Positions 27,174-38,695 of a DNA stretch of 64,000 nt are shown here, in pieces. The position numbers and the translations under genes are program-made. Below the pieces are notes generated by a model. The model saw only the letters and a program-made list of their open reading frames with translations. It ran no database searches and was not told the DNA's origin. Position 1 is the first letter of the stretch. Each line of letters starts with the position of its first letter. The stretch is from Octopus vulgaris (lineage: Eukaryota): contig OX597820.1 in the NCBI GenBank assembly GCA_951406725.2, positions 11,098,001-11,162,000 on the forward strand, written 5' to 3'.

Positions 27174-27346
27174 GTATATATATATATGTGTGTGTGTATA
27201 TATATATATATACATATATATATGTACATATATATATATACATATACATGCATATACATGCATACACACATATACATGCATACACACATATATATATATG
27301 TATATATATATATATATGTACATATATATATATGTACATATATATA

Positions 27347-27390
<44 letters not shown>

Positions 27391-27430
27391 TATATATATG
27401 TACATATATATGTACATATATATATATATA

Positions 27431-27486
<56 letters not shown>

Positions 27487-27632
27487 TATATATATGTACA
27501 TATATATGTACATATATATATATATATGTACATAAATATATATATAACTTAGAATAACTTAGAAAGGTTTTTGGCCAGTATTGGCCCAGGCCATGTCTAA
27601 CTTAATAGCACCACCTGGCGAAGTCTTTCAGT

Positions 27633-30600
27633 TCAGGATTTGGGCACCAAGGCCCATTCGAGCAGAGAGTTATTGTTTGCGGAGACATATCCGGGTGTGG
27701 ATGGTTTGTCCGGTACTGTTTGAAGGAATTTGTCCAAAGACTTCTTGAATTTTGTGTGGTCAGTTTCTTTTTTGACGTGTCCTGGTGTAATGTTGAAGAG
27801 AGCGGGTCCAATTGAGGTGAAATAGTTGTGCCGTATTGTCGTTATGTGATGCGATTTAGATTTTTGTTGTGGACGGATGGCACGTGGTCCAAGCCTTGGA
27901 TGCATTTTGAAGGTGATGCCAACATCATTCGGACAGTGCTGATGGAATATTTTCCACATCATACAGATAATGTAGCGTTCACGGCGTCGTTGGAGTGAAT
28001 ACAATTTCAGCTTCTCTAGTCTACCCCAGTAGTCAAGGTCTGACATGCCATCTATCTTTTTTGTGATTGACCTTTGGGGAGCTTCAATTCTCATAATATT
28101 TTGTTTTGTGTAGGGAGACCACAGTGGACAGCAGTATTCAAGGTGGGGTCGGGCAAAAGTGGAGAAGAGAAGGATAATAGCGTGGGAATCTCTCGACTGG
28201 AAGGTTCTGAGAATCCAGGAACACATTCTGCGGGCCATGTCAACTTTGCTGCTTATATGTGTAGCCCAGCTTATGTTGTTGTCCACTGTTACTCCCAGGT
28301 CTCTGATGTTGTTGGATGCCATGAGAATTTCTCCAGAAGGAAGAGAGTATGGGAGTTTCAGAGCGTCCTCTCTTCCAAAGTGGATCAGTTCGAATTTGTC
28401 TTCATTTAGCAACATGTTATTCTTTTCCGCCCATTGGACAACAGCCAGTAGGTCTGACTGAAGGTTTATTCGGTCATCCACGCCATTGATGACCTTCTGG
28501 AGCTTGGAATCATCAGCGAAGGTTCTGATGTTGCTGTGTTTGATGGTGTCAGTAATATCATTTATGTAGATGATGAAGAGAAGTGGGCCCAACACAGTGC
28601 CTTGTGGGACACCACTGCTGACTTTGGCTGGGCTGGATTTGACTCCTTCGACTACAACATGTTGGGTTCTGTTAGAGAGGAAGCACTTGATCCATTGCAG
28701 CAGCTTTCCAGTGACACCAATATTGGACAGCTTTCTCAGAAGGATCTTATGATCAACCCTGTCAAAGGCCTTGCTGAAATCAAGGTAGATGACATCAGTG
28801 TTGGAACCCTCTCCCAAGGCTCTCAAAATGTCATCAAAATGATGCAGTAGCTGCGTCAGGCAATCTCTCCCATTACGGAATCCATGCTGGTTGGGGTTCA
28901 GCATATTATGACTCTCAAGGAAGTGAGTCATACGCGATCTCAGCACCCTCTCAAATACCTTGATGATATGAGAGGTGAGTGAGATTGGACGGTAATTCAC
29001 GGCAAGCGATTTGTTTCCTTTTTTGAAAACTGGGACAACAGACTGGGATAGAAGGTCTTCTGGTATATATCCAGCATCCAATGAGTTCCGCCACAGATTG
29101 GCTAGAGGGGGTGCAAGTTGGTTTTGACACATCTTCAAGACACAAGCAGGGAACCTATCGGGACCTACTGCTGAATTATGCTTCATTTCCTTTATTGCTG
29201 CTAAGACATCAGGAGCGCCAAATGTTATGTCCGATAAAGTGTATTGGGGAGTAACATCACTGATACAGCCCAGATCAGTCATATCAGGATTGCTGAAAAC
29301 AGAGCAATATTGTTTCTGCAATATTTCTCCCATGGTTTTGGCATTGTCTTGAAGAATACCATTTTCATCAATCAGAGGGCCAACAGTAGAACCAGTGACT
29401 CTGTGTTTTTTTGCAAATGAAAAGAACACTTTGGGATTGAGTTTGATCTTCTCAATGGCCCAGGCCTCTTCAGCTCTTCGCTGACTATTGATGATAGACA
29501 TCATGTTGTTTTGGAGTTTATGTTTTTTAATCTCTAGCGACGAGATGGCAGTCAGGTTGGTGTGTTGCTGTTGACAGTATTTCAGCATGTTGATCTTTTT
29601 GTTGATTCTTTTAATTTTCCTTATGAGAGATTTTCTATTTCTAGGGATTCGACACTTAGATTTGTTTGCAGATCTTAATGGGGTGTGTCTTGCACATATG
29701 TTCGTGATGGTGTCTACAAGTGACTGCCAGGACTTTTTGATGTTAGTGGGTGTGTATGTGTGCGTGAAGGACCAATCGACTTGTGCAAGATCATTATTGA
29801 TCGCTTCCCAGTTTGCATTGTGGAAATCCATAGTGTCAAATGGATGAACAGGAGGGATGACATTTGTTTTGCATTTTGGCCAGTGAAATCTCAGATCACA
29901 GAGAACCATGTCATGGTCGGAGAGTAGGGTTTTCTCCACTGCAATATTGTGGATAGTATCAGTGTGATTGCTGAAAATTAAGTCTAAGACGTTTTTGTGA
30001 CATCTCGTTGGTTCGAGTACCAGTTGGGACAAGAAGAAGTCATCCATGAAGTCAAGAAGCGATTCCACTGCCTCCCTGTCAGGGGTTGAGAGAGAAGAAC
30101 CTGGCGGCAGACTGTTTGTAGACCAGTCAACCCCGGGAAGGTTGAAATCTCCCATCATTAAAATGTTGTCAGGTTGACACTGCTGAATGAAACACTTTAT
30201 GCTGTTGAGGCATTCCTTGAAGCATGGTAGGGGCGTTTGGGGTGGTCTGTAGAGCCCAACTACTGTTAAGTTGTTGGTTTGACTGAATACAGCGACTGCT
30301 TCGCAGTATCCATTCGAAAATATGTTCATGGCTTCTGTTGAGAATGAATCATGGACATAAATGGCAGTCCCACCCTTTCTTCTGCCAACACGATCAGCAC
30401 GAATGGTTTTGAAATTTTTAACTTTCACCTCGGCTTCCAAGTGGAGGTCACTAAGATGGGTTTCAGTGAGGACGAAGAAAGGGATGTGGTTTGGATGGGC
30501 CTCGACCCAGTCCTCCAGGAATCTTATCTTCCATTTTTGTGTATTGGTGGAAGGGCTGATGCCTTGGGCATTAAGCAGAAATGTTGAGGCGAGAGTGGAT

Positions 30601-30650
30601 GGTTTTAATTGTTTTGGTGATTTGTTTATTTGATTGCTTTTTAATGGCAT
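27633..30650 (-). CDS. LINE ORF2: APE endonuclease + reverse transcriptase (1005 aa)
   Basis: Endonuclease motifs LLNAQG, LTETHL, GLYRPP, MGDFN, LDLIF, SDHD; RT motifs NYRPISLTS, QHGFR, YLDFSKAFDRVDH, SGVPQGTVLGPLLFIIYIND, FADD, RDLGV; CR1-type C-terminus RPHLEYCCPLWSP and LYSLQRRRERY. Confidence 0.97.
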   Translation of the reverse strand: MPLKSNQINKSPKQLKPSTLASTFLLNAQGISPSTNTQKWKIRFLEDWVEAHPNHIPFFVLTETHLSDLHLEAEVKVKNFKTIRADRVGRRKGGTAIYVHDSFSTEAMNIFSNGYCEAVAVFSQTNNLTVVGLYRPPQTPLPCFKECLNSIKCFIQQCQPDNILMMGDFNLPGVDWSTNSLPPGSSLSTPDREAVESLLDFMDDFFLSQLVLEPTRCHKNVLDLIFSNHTDTIHNIAVEKTLLSDHDMVLCDLRFHWPKCKTNVIPPVHPFDTMDFHNANWEAINNDLAQVDWSFTHTYTPTNIKKSWQSLVDTITNICARHTPLRSANKSKCRIPRNRKSLIRKIKRINKKINMLKYCQQQHTNLTAISSLEIKKHKLQNNMMSIINSQRRAEEAWAIEKIKLNPKVFFSFAKKHRVTGSTVGPLIDENGILQDNAKTMGEILQKQYCSVFSNPDMTDLGCISDVTPQYTLSDITFGAPDVLAAIKEMKHNSAVGPDRFPACVLKMCQNQLAPPLANLWRNSLDAGYIPEDLLSQSVVPVFKKGNKSLAVNYRPISLTSHIIKVFERVLRSRMTHFLESHNMLNPNQHGFRNGRDCLTQLLHHFDDILRALGEGSNTDVIYLDFSKAFDRVDHKILLRKLSNIGVTGKLLQWIKCFLSNRTQHVVVEGVKSSPAKVSSGVPQGTVLGPLLFIIYINDITDTIKHSNIRTFADDSKLQKVINGVDDRINLQSDLLAVVQWAEKNNMLLNEDKFELIHFGREDALKLPYSLPSGEILMASNNIRDLGVTVDNNISWATHISSKVDMARRMCSWILRTFQSRDSHAIILLFSTFARPHLEYCCPLWSPYTKQNIMRIEAPQRSITKKIDGMSDLDYWGRLEKLKLYSLQRRRERYIICMMWKIFHQHCPNDVGITFKMHPRLGPRAIRPQQKSKSHHITTIRHNYFTSIGPALFNITPGHVKKETDHTKFKKSLDKFLQTVPDKPSTPGYVSANNNSLLEWALVPKS

Positions 30651-31885
30651 GTGTAGTGGGGTAATGGTGGATGGCGGTGGGTGATAGCTCGGATGTTTTT
30701 TTCCAGTTCTTTTGCTAGATTCATTATAGCTAAAAAAGAGGAAGAAGAGGTGGTTTCCTGTCTAGGGAACCGCAGGTGACTGTGGCCGCGGCTATTTTTA
30801 TGTGAGTGGTTATCTTTAAATGTCCGACGAGTCCCCGGGAGATGGGTAAAGGGGCAATCCCTGTGCAAACACAATCTGTCTCGCTGGGAATAGCGGCAGA
30901 TTTGGGGATTCCTTGTTTGAGATATTGGTGGTTGTGGTGATGTTGTATTATGGTGGTTGCTGTTGTAGTTTGTGGGGATAGAGCGTTTTGTTCCAGGTAA
31001 ATGGGTGAATTTGCAGTCTCTATCAGTGCACAGTCTATGGCGAAGAGAATATCGGCAAATGATGGGGTTTCGAGTGGGTGTGTAGGTGCGTGTGTGTGTG
31101 TGAGCTGTGAAAGGTGTAGATGATAGTTTGTTGAAGTTTTGGCGACCTTTGTGACCTGTAGGAGGTAAATTCCTTGAGATAGCATTAGTAGTAGTAGCTG
31201 TAGTAGTAGTAGTAGTAGGTAGAAGAGATGTTGACAGTGGTAATGATTGAGGAGGTCGATTCCAAGACAAAGATGTTTGTCGATATATAGTGGGAGTAGT
31301 ACTAGTAGTAGTAAGCAGAGGAGATGGTGTTGACAATGATGATGATTGAGCTGCTGGGGCAGTGAAAGGAAGGGGTGGTGCTTCCTGCTGTGTGACCCTG
31401 ATGACTGGGGGGTCAATCGTTTCATTTAGCAAATCGGCCATTGTAGATGAATCAAGGAGTGGTTCATCCTGTTGTTGTTGTTGAGGTTGTTGTTGTTGCC
31501 TCTGAGGTTGTTGCTGCTGAAGTTGTTGTTGTTGCTGTAGCTGTTGTTGTTGTTGCTGTAGCTGTTGTTGTTGTTGTTGCCGCTGAGTTTGTTGTTGTTG
31601 AGGTTGTTGTTGTTGTTGTTGCGCTGGTGATGCGTTCGAAGAGAAAACACATCTCAGTTTATCGAAGTGTTTATTTATTAATTTAAAAGCAACTTCGATT
31701 TGTTTTAATTTATTTTGGATCTGCTGTTCAGATCGAGTTTGCAAATGGTGAACTGTTCGTTTAGCAATTTCGTTCAGACACGAAGCACCTATGCTCTCTG
31801 TTTCGGTAAGGCCATGCCATGTGTTGATAAGAACGTCGACTTCATTATCAGACCAGTTTTTGTTGGATTTTTGGTGGCTAGCCAT
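30641..31885 (-). CDS. LINE ORF1 (414 aa): Myb/SANT-like N-terminus, polyQ tract, Ser/Thr-rich linker, two CCCH zinc fingers
   Basis: Directly upstream of and overlapping ORF2; NWSDNEVDVLINTW...RSEQQIQNKLKQI resembles Myb/SANT trihelix domains; CRYSLRHRLCTDRDCKFTH and CRYSQRDRLCLHRDCPFTH both fit C-x8-C-x4-C-x3-H. Confidence 0.88.
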   Translation of the reverse strand: MASHQKSNKNWSDNEVDVLINTWHGLTETESIGASCLNEIAKRTVHHLQTRSEQQIQNKLKQIEVAFKLINKHFDKLRCVFSSNASPAQQQQQQPQQQQTQRQQQQQQLQQQQQQLQQQQQLQQQQPQRQQQQPQQQQQDEPLLDSSTMADLLNETIDPPVIRVTQQEAPPLPFTAPAAQSSSLSTPSPLLTTTSTTPTIYRQTSLSWNRPPQSLPLSTSLLPTTTTTTATTTNAISRNLPPTGHKGRQNFNKLSSTPFTAHTHTRTYTPTRNPIICRYSLRHRLCTDRDCKFTHLPGTKRSIPTNYNSNHHNTTSPQPPISQTRNPQICRYSQRDRLCLHRDCPFTHLPGTRRTFKDNHSHKNSRGHSHLRFPRQETTSSSSFLAIMNLAKELEKNIRAITHRHPPLPHYTCH

Positions 31886-32289
31886 TCTGGTTGATATGTT
31901 TTATTAAATTTTATTTTGTTCGTTCGTTTTGTTGATTACTTTTAATTATTATTATTATTATTATTTTAAGGAGAAGTATGTAGAATTGATTGTACAGAAT
32001 GTTTGTTGTAATACTGAGAAGTTTGTATTTGAATTATGAGCTTGTAGTTATTTTATCTTTCTTTTCTTTTCTTTTTTTTTTCCCTCTTTTTCTAATTTTT
32101 AATGTGTGGGTGATCCTTTAGTTATCAGAAGGTGTTTGAAAATTATGAAAATAGTTTGTGGTTAAGGAAAAGTCTACTCACGAGTTGGGAAAAAGCGTGG
32201 TTTCAAATATACAGGAATATATGTGATGGTCAATTACGACGAATGTAGCTGTGAAGCTTGCTGCTGACCGGCGCAGAGAGGAGTAAAAA

Positions 32290-32338
32290 CACGTCTTATC
32301 GTCTCAGCTTACAATGACTACAATGACTACAATGACTA
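32290..32338 (-). promoter_or_regulatory. Putative internal Pol II promoter of the LINE (Inr-like TCATT repeats + DPE-like AGACGTG)
   Basis: Minus strand reads (TAGTCATTG)3 TAAGCTGAGACGATAAGACGTG; AGACGTG begins about +29 from the A of the middle TCATT. Confidence 0.45.
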
Positions 32339-32472
32339 TATATATATACATATATATATACATGTGTATGTATGTATATGTGTGTGTGTGTGTTTGTGTA
32401 TAAACAATCCTACGTTTCTGCCCCAAATTATCCAAGGCTATGTGCAACAGTGCCATCAGTTGTATTATATGT

Positions 32473-32594
<122 letters not shown>

Positions 32595-32719
32595 ATGTAT
32601 GTATGTACATATATATATATATTAATATATATATTCATATATACATATGTGTGTGTGTATACATATATATATGTATGTATATATTTATGGAGATAGATAG
32701 ACAGACAGACAGACAGATT

Positions 32720-32798
<79 letters not shown>

Positions 32799-33045
32799 GA
32801 TGCTTACTGCGCCCCAGTATGGCTGCAAGCCATCTATTGATTGAAGCAAGCGAAGATAAAAAAAGAAAAACAAGACAGGATGTATGAATGGAGATGTCGA
32901 ACTTCTCAGTCTCCATTCATAAAAAAAACTGAAACAAAGCTGGATGAATTAATAAGCTGACAAACAGTCGAAATACGGTCTGTCAAATTTCGTTAATAGC
33001 TACAAGTAGGAATCGCAAGATAATTAGGTGGTATGCTTAGAAGGG

Positions 33046-33349
33046 TGGAAGCACATGGCCTAGTGGTTAGAGTAGCGGACTCGCGGTCGAGGGATCGCGG
33101 GTTCGAATCTCAGACCGGGCGATGTGTATGTTTATGAGCGAAACACGTAAGCTCCACGCGGCTCCGGCAGAAGTTAATGGCGAACTACTGCTGACTCTTT
33201 CGTCACAACTTTCTCTCACCTTTTCCTCCTGCATCTTGCAGCTCACCTGCGACGGACCGGCGTCCCGTCCAGGTGGGGAACCTATACGCCAAGGAAACCG
33301 GGAAACCGGCCCTTATGAGCCAGGCATGGCTCGAGAAGGAACAAACAAT
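33046..33349 (+). mobile_element. tRNA-derived SINE family C
   Basis: Matches 665-970. Confidence 0.88.
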
Positions 33350-33374
33350 GCTTAGAAGGTAATTTTCGTATATA

Positions 33375-34420
33375 CAGTGATACCTCGCAGAACGAGTTTA
33401 ATTCGTTCCATGACCGAGCTCGTTTTACGATTTATTCGTTTTACAAATCAATCTTCCCCATTAACTAAAGTATAACTAAATCTTTTCCAGACCCCCAAAA
33501 CTACTCAAAAATAATTTCTTTTGGGTTTTAAAACAGAAAAGGTGTAGTTACACGTAAAATCACAATTGTATAAAAGAGAATGCAAAAGAAATATGTAAAC
33601 TCAAGGCAGCGCGCAGGGCGAAATGCTTAACGGTATTTTTCCTGTGTTTAAATAAGGCGTAGGAGTGGCTGTGCTGTAAGTAGCTTGCTTACGAACCACG
33701 TGGTTCTGGGTTCAGTCCCACTGTTAGGCAAGTGTCTTCTACTATAGCCTGGGGCCGACCAAAACCTTGTGAGTGGATTTGGAAGACGGAAACTGAAAGC
33801 CCGTCGTATGTGTGTTTGTGTGTCTGTGTTGTTCCCCCAACATCGCTTGGCAACCGATGTTACGTCTCCGTAACTTAGCGATTCGGCAAAAGAGACCGAT
33901 AGAATAAGTACTAGGCTTCCAAAGAATAAGTCCTGGGGTCGATTTGCTCGACTAAAGGCGGTGCTCCAGCATGGCCACAGTCAGATGACTGAAACAAGTA
34001 AAAGAGTAAAAGAGTAAACTGGTTTTATTAACTGAATTTCCGTAAAGATGGGACGATGTGTATGTTCGTATCGCGGATTTCCACTCGTACTTCAAGACAA
34101 AAAGTCGCACGAGTCTCGGCTTGTACAGCAAATTACTCGTACGATGGTGCACTCACACTGCGAGGTTCTTCTGTACTACATTGTACATCTATTCTCGTTT
34201 ATCACGTAGGTTTGGTTCCCAAAGCACAGTGATGCATTAATCAGTGGTAAGTGGGTCATTACACGGCGCCTTTGTTATGGAACAAATAGCAGATTCATTG
34301 ACACCAAGCCAGTGGCTCACAGCAGCGAAGCTTCCACTGTCACGTATTTTCAGGACCAGTTCTACCTTTTCCTGTAGAGAATACACTCGTCTGCGTCGTT
34401 CGTTGGAGCCAAGCACCTTT
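33375..34420 (-). mobile_element. Internally deleted Tigger/pogo-like DNA transposon, interrupted by a SINE
   Basis: TA|CAGTGATACCTCG terminus near 33375; minus 34260-34420 encodes RRRVYSLQEKVELVLKIRDSGSFAAVSHWLGVNESAICSI, a CENP-B/psq-type HTH. Confidence 0.65.
33656..34017 (+). mobile_element. SINE family A
   Basis: Similarity to family consensus. Confidence 0.88.
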
Positions 34421-34457
34421 GATTTTTTTTTCTATTTGTTCACTTGTACCATATGAT

Positions 34458-34775
34458 GTGGAGGCTCAATGTCCCAGTGGTTAGGGCAGCGGACTCGCGG
34501 TCCTAGGATCGCGGTTTCGATTCCCAGACCGGGCGTTGTATGTGTTTATTGAGCGAAAACACATAAAGCTCCACGCGGCTCCGGCATGGGGTGGTGGCGA
34601 CTCCTGTTGTACTCTTTTGCCCCAACTTTCTCTCATTCTCTCTTCCTGTTTCTTGAGTAACGCTGCGATGGAGTGGCGTCCAGTCCAGCTGGGGGGGGGG
34701 GAGGACACATACACCACAGAAACCGAGAAACCGAGGCCATAAGCCTGGCTAGGCTTGAAAAGGGCGCATAAATAA
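34458..34775 (+). mobile_element. SINE family C variant
   Basis: Same head and body, diverged tail. Confidence 0.8.
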
Positions 34776-34839
34776 AAAAATATATATAAAAAAAGTACCA
34801 TATGATGGTTTCGAGTACGTAAACCTGTATGAAATAATC

Positions 34840-35532
34840 TTTTCTACTGGAAGCACAAGGACTCAAATTTGGGGGCAAGTATTAAGTCGATTACATCGAT
34901 CCCAGTCCGTAACTGGTACTTATTTAATCGACCCCGAAAGGATAAAAGCAAAGTCGACCCTGGCGTCATTTGAACTCAGAACGTGAAGACAGACAAAATA
35001 CTTATTTCTATTTCTTTATTACCCACAAGGGGCTAAACATAGAGGGGACAAACAAGGACAGACATAGGTATTAAGTCGATTACAATGACCCCAGTGCGTA
35101 ACTGGTACTTAATTTATCGACCCCGAAAGGATGAAAGGCAAAGTCGACCTCGGCGGAATTTGAACTCAGAACGTAACGGCAGACGAAATACCGCTAAGCA
35201 TTTCGCCAGGCGTGCTAACGATTCTGCCAGCTCGCCACCCTGGCGACAAAATACCACTAAGCATTTCGCCCGACATGCTAACGATTCTGCCAGCTCACCA
35301 CTTTAAATCTGTACAAGATAATCCTTTCTATCATAGGTACAAGACCTGAAATTGAGGGTAGAGGGATAGTTGATTACATCGACCTCAGTGAATAACTGGT
35401 ACTTAATTTATCGACCCCGGAAAGATGGAAGGCAGAGTCGACCTCGGCGGAACGTGAACTGAGAACGTAGCGGCAGACAAAATACCGCTTGACATTTCGC
35501 CTGGTATGTTAACGATTCTGCCAACTCGCCGC
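34840..35532 (-). mobile_element. SINE family B cluster
   Basis: Reverse-complement similarity; duplicated head at 35240-35300. Confidence 0.85.
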
Positions 35533-36599
35533 CCTAAATCTGTATAAAATAATACGCAACCTCACAGTACGTTCATGTGAACTCAAACATCAGTGCATTC
35601 TGAGTAGCTGAGTATAATCAGTGATCATTAAGGCTTGTTTTGCAGTACAAGTAGAATCTTCAGCTCGACTAAAGGCGGTGCTCCAGTATGGCCGCAGTCA
35701 AATGACTGAAACACATAACAGAATAGAAGAATATATATAGGGGGTGGGATTTTGTTCGTGGGTGTGTTTGTGGTGTTGTTAGCTAACTTCTCCTCCATCA
35801 TTTTATCGATTTTGATGAAACTTGACATGTGAATAGAACTCATTTCTGGAAACCTCATGACATATTCAGATTGCTGAAAATTCGATAATAGGACCCTTGG
35901 AAGGGATCCTTATATATATCTAATATATTTCATTTTAACAGCCAAGGGAAATAATCCATTCGCTCAGGTTTTAACAGCCAATGGAAATAACCCATTCATT
36001 TTCCTAAATCATTTGGTATAAATCAAATTGAGTATGCTTATTTCTTAGTATTTGAACTGTTAGAGTTATTTTCGCAATTTATCCAGTACCACCCTTAAAC
36101 AAGTAAATAGTATTTTCCAAAACAATAGATCCACTTATTTTGGTTAGGGACTTATTCACGAATATACCAACAGTAGCGCCCATCCGGGTAATATTTTCTG
36201 GGAACGCACAAAAGTCCTTTTCAGAATTATTTACTTTGAATTGTTATTATCTCATATCTGATTAGCTTGTTATTACGTAACATGCTTCACGATTTTAGTA
36301 TACATGCCTTAGTATTTCCTCCTAAGTTCTATATACGCTAGTAATGTACTAAAGCCCTTTTATTTGAATTCTTACTGTCGGATAACTAATTTCTTATTAT
36401 TACATAACTGGCTTCAGAATTTGGGTATTCATAACTTACTGGGAATTCCTAAAAACAAGATCCTGTGTAAAACAGTTTTGTATTCTCTGTAAATGTACAA
36501 AAGCCGTTTAAAGGGCTACATACTTTGTATTGTTGTTATAGGATAAGCGAAACAAGGGATAAGCCCCGATTTCCCGGGAATTACCGGGTATGTCATCTA

Positions 36600-36738
<139 letters not shown>

Positions 36739-36846
36739 GTTAAAGTTAATCCAAACATGAAAACACAAAGAGAAAACACAACAACACGAGGACGTGGAAC
36801 AAGTATAGTGTTATTGGACGCTCAGGAAAGGAAAGAAAGAAGGAGG

Positions 36847-36881
36847 GTTTAACGTTTCGAGCGGAGCCGTTCGTCAGAAAC
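36847..36881 (-). ncRNA. Minimal hammerhead-like motif in a ~210 bp insert between microsatellites (36736-36948)
   Basis: Minus strand GTTT-CTGACGA-A-CGGC(tcc)GCTC-GAAA-CG-TT-AAAC; stem I GTTT/AAAC; stem II imperfect. Confidence 0.62.
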
Positions 36882-36948
36882 ATAGGAAATGGAAAGATCC
36901 AAGGAAGGGAAGATGGAGGAAAAAAATCACCAACGATACACACGCGGT

Positions 36949-36982
<34 letters not shown>

Positions 36983-37246
36983 CACACACATACATATGTA
37001 TTGTCAATTGGTTACCCATATAACCAATTAACTAATTGTTTGTTTGATTCATCATTCTCTCAATCAATCAATCAATCAGCTACATTTGTCAAACTGTTTT
37101 CGTCACCATTCGTGACCTCTTCAATGACATCCCCTCTCTACTCCAAGTCTACTTCTGGTCAGTTTGTGTGGCCTGAAGATTTTGCTTTAATTTGGTTGCT
37201 GATTTTCTATTTTATATCTTAAGTTCCACCAAAATTCCATCCATCT

Positions 37247-37695
37247 CTCGGCAGAATTTGAACTCAGAACGTAGCGGCAGACGAAGTACCTATTTCTTTA
37301 CTACCCACAAGGGGCTAAATATAGAGGGGACAAACAAGGACAGACAAACGGATTAAGTCGATTACATCGACCCCAGTGCGTAACTGGTACTTAATTCATC
37401 GACCCCGAAAGGATGAAAGGCAAAGTCGACCTCGGCGGAATTTGAACTCAGAACGTAGCGGCAGACGAAATACCTATTTCTTTACTACACTCAAGGGGCT
37501 AAACACAGAGAGGACAAACAAGGACAGACAAACGGACTAAGTCGATTATATCGACCCCAGTGCGTAACTAGTACTTAATTTATCGACCTCGAAAGGATGA
37601 AAGGCAAAGTCGACCTCGGAGGAATTTGAACTCAGAACGTAACGGCAGACGAAATACGGCTACGCATTTCGCCCGGCATGTCAACGATTCTGCCC
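37247..37695 (-). mobile_element. SINE family B tandem array
   Basis: Reverse-complement similarity. Confidence 0.87.
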
Positions 37696-37892
37696 ATCAC
37701 ATTATCTCAAAGAGGAAGTTAGTATAAAGACTGCATTGTCTAGCAGTTGACAAGGATGTGACTAATTTCCTCGGCTTTGTTGTTGCATTACTTACATTTT
37801 TTCAGTTAACCTTTTCTGTCTTTTGTGTAGGGTTTAATTATTCTAAACATGTCCACCGGTAGTAGTCATTCTAAGCTAAGGAAAAGAAAACT

Positions 37893-38218
37893 GGCACTCC
37901 GTCGGTTACGACGGCGAGCGTTGCAGTTGATCCGATCAACGGAATAGCCTGCTCGTGAAATGAACGTGCAAGAAGTGGCTGAGAACTCCACGGACACGCG
38001 TACCCTTAAAGTAGTTCTCAAGAAGATTCAGTGCGAGACTGAATGTGACAAAGCTGGCCCCTTTGAATTACAGGTACTACTTAATTTTTGCCAGGCGAGT
38101 GAACTGGAGCAACGTGAAATAAAGTGTTTTGCTCAAGGACACCAAACGCGTCGCCGGGAATTGATCTTACGACCTTGCGATCAGGAGCAGAATGCCTGAC
38201 CACTAAGTCAAGCACCTT
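37893..38218 (-). mobile_element. SINE family D
   Basis: Reverse complement of 3531-3856. Confidence 0.83.
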
Positions 38219-38289
38219 CACAGAAGGCATTAGTAAACTAACACAAGACTAAAACCATTCCATACTTCTTGGAGTTTAATTGTTTTCAA

Positions 38290-38695
38290 AGGTGCAGGTG
38301 TGACTGTGTGATAAGAAGCTTGCTTCACAACAGCATGGTTTCGAGTTCAAATCCACTGCGTGGTACCTTGAGCAAGTGACTTCTACTATAACTTCAGGTC
38401 GACCAAAGCCTTGTGAATGGATTTGGTAGACGGAAACTGAAAGAAGACTGTCTAGTTGTGTGTGTCTGTGTGTGTGTTTGAGTCTATACTTGTCTTCCCT
38501 GCAGTTTGATAACTGGCGTTGGTACGTTTATGTCTCGTAACTGAGTTGTTCGGCAAAAGAGACCGATAGAATAAGTATCAGCTTTACAAAACAATAAGTC
38601 CTGGGGTAGATTCGATGGACAAAAATTCTTCAAGGCAGTGCTTCAGCATGACCGCTATCTAATGACTGAAACAAGTAAAAGATAAAAGATAAAAG
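38290..38695 (+). mobile_element. SINE family A, older copy
   Basis: Similarity to family consensus. Confidence 0.8.

Larger units (their letters stand above)
27545..32338 (-). mobile_element. Full-length CR1-clade non-LTR retrotransposon (LINE), apparently intact
   Basis: Two uninterrupted overlapping ORFs, ~450 bp 5' UTR, short 3' UTR ending in a (TTCTAAGTTA)2 tail; both ends abut (TA)n-rich microsatellite. Confidence 0.93.

Noticed and set aside
28074-30633. Plus-strand ORFs overlapping LINE ORF2
   Set aside because: Antisense shadows of a real coding sequence, with no recognisable motifs
33046-33120. tRNA genes at the SINE heads (also 665, 3531, 34458, 58628)
   Set aside because: A/B boxes are present but there is no proper acceptor stem, and each continues into a shared SINE body
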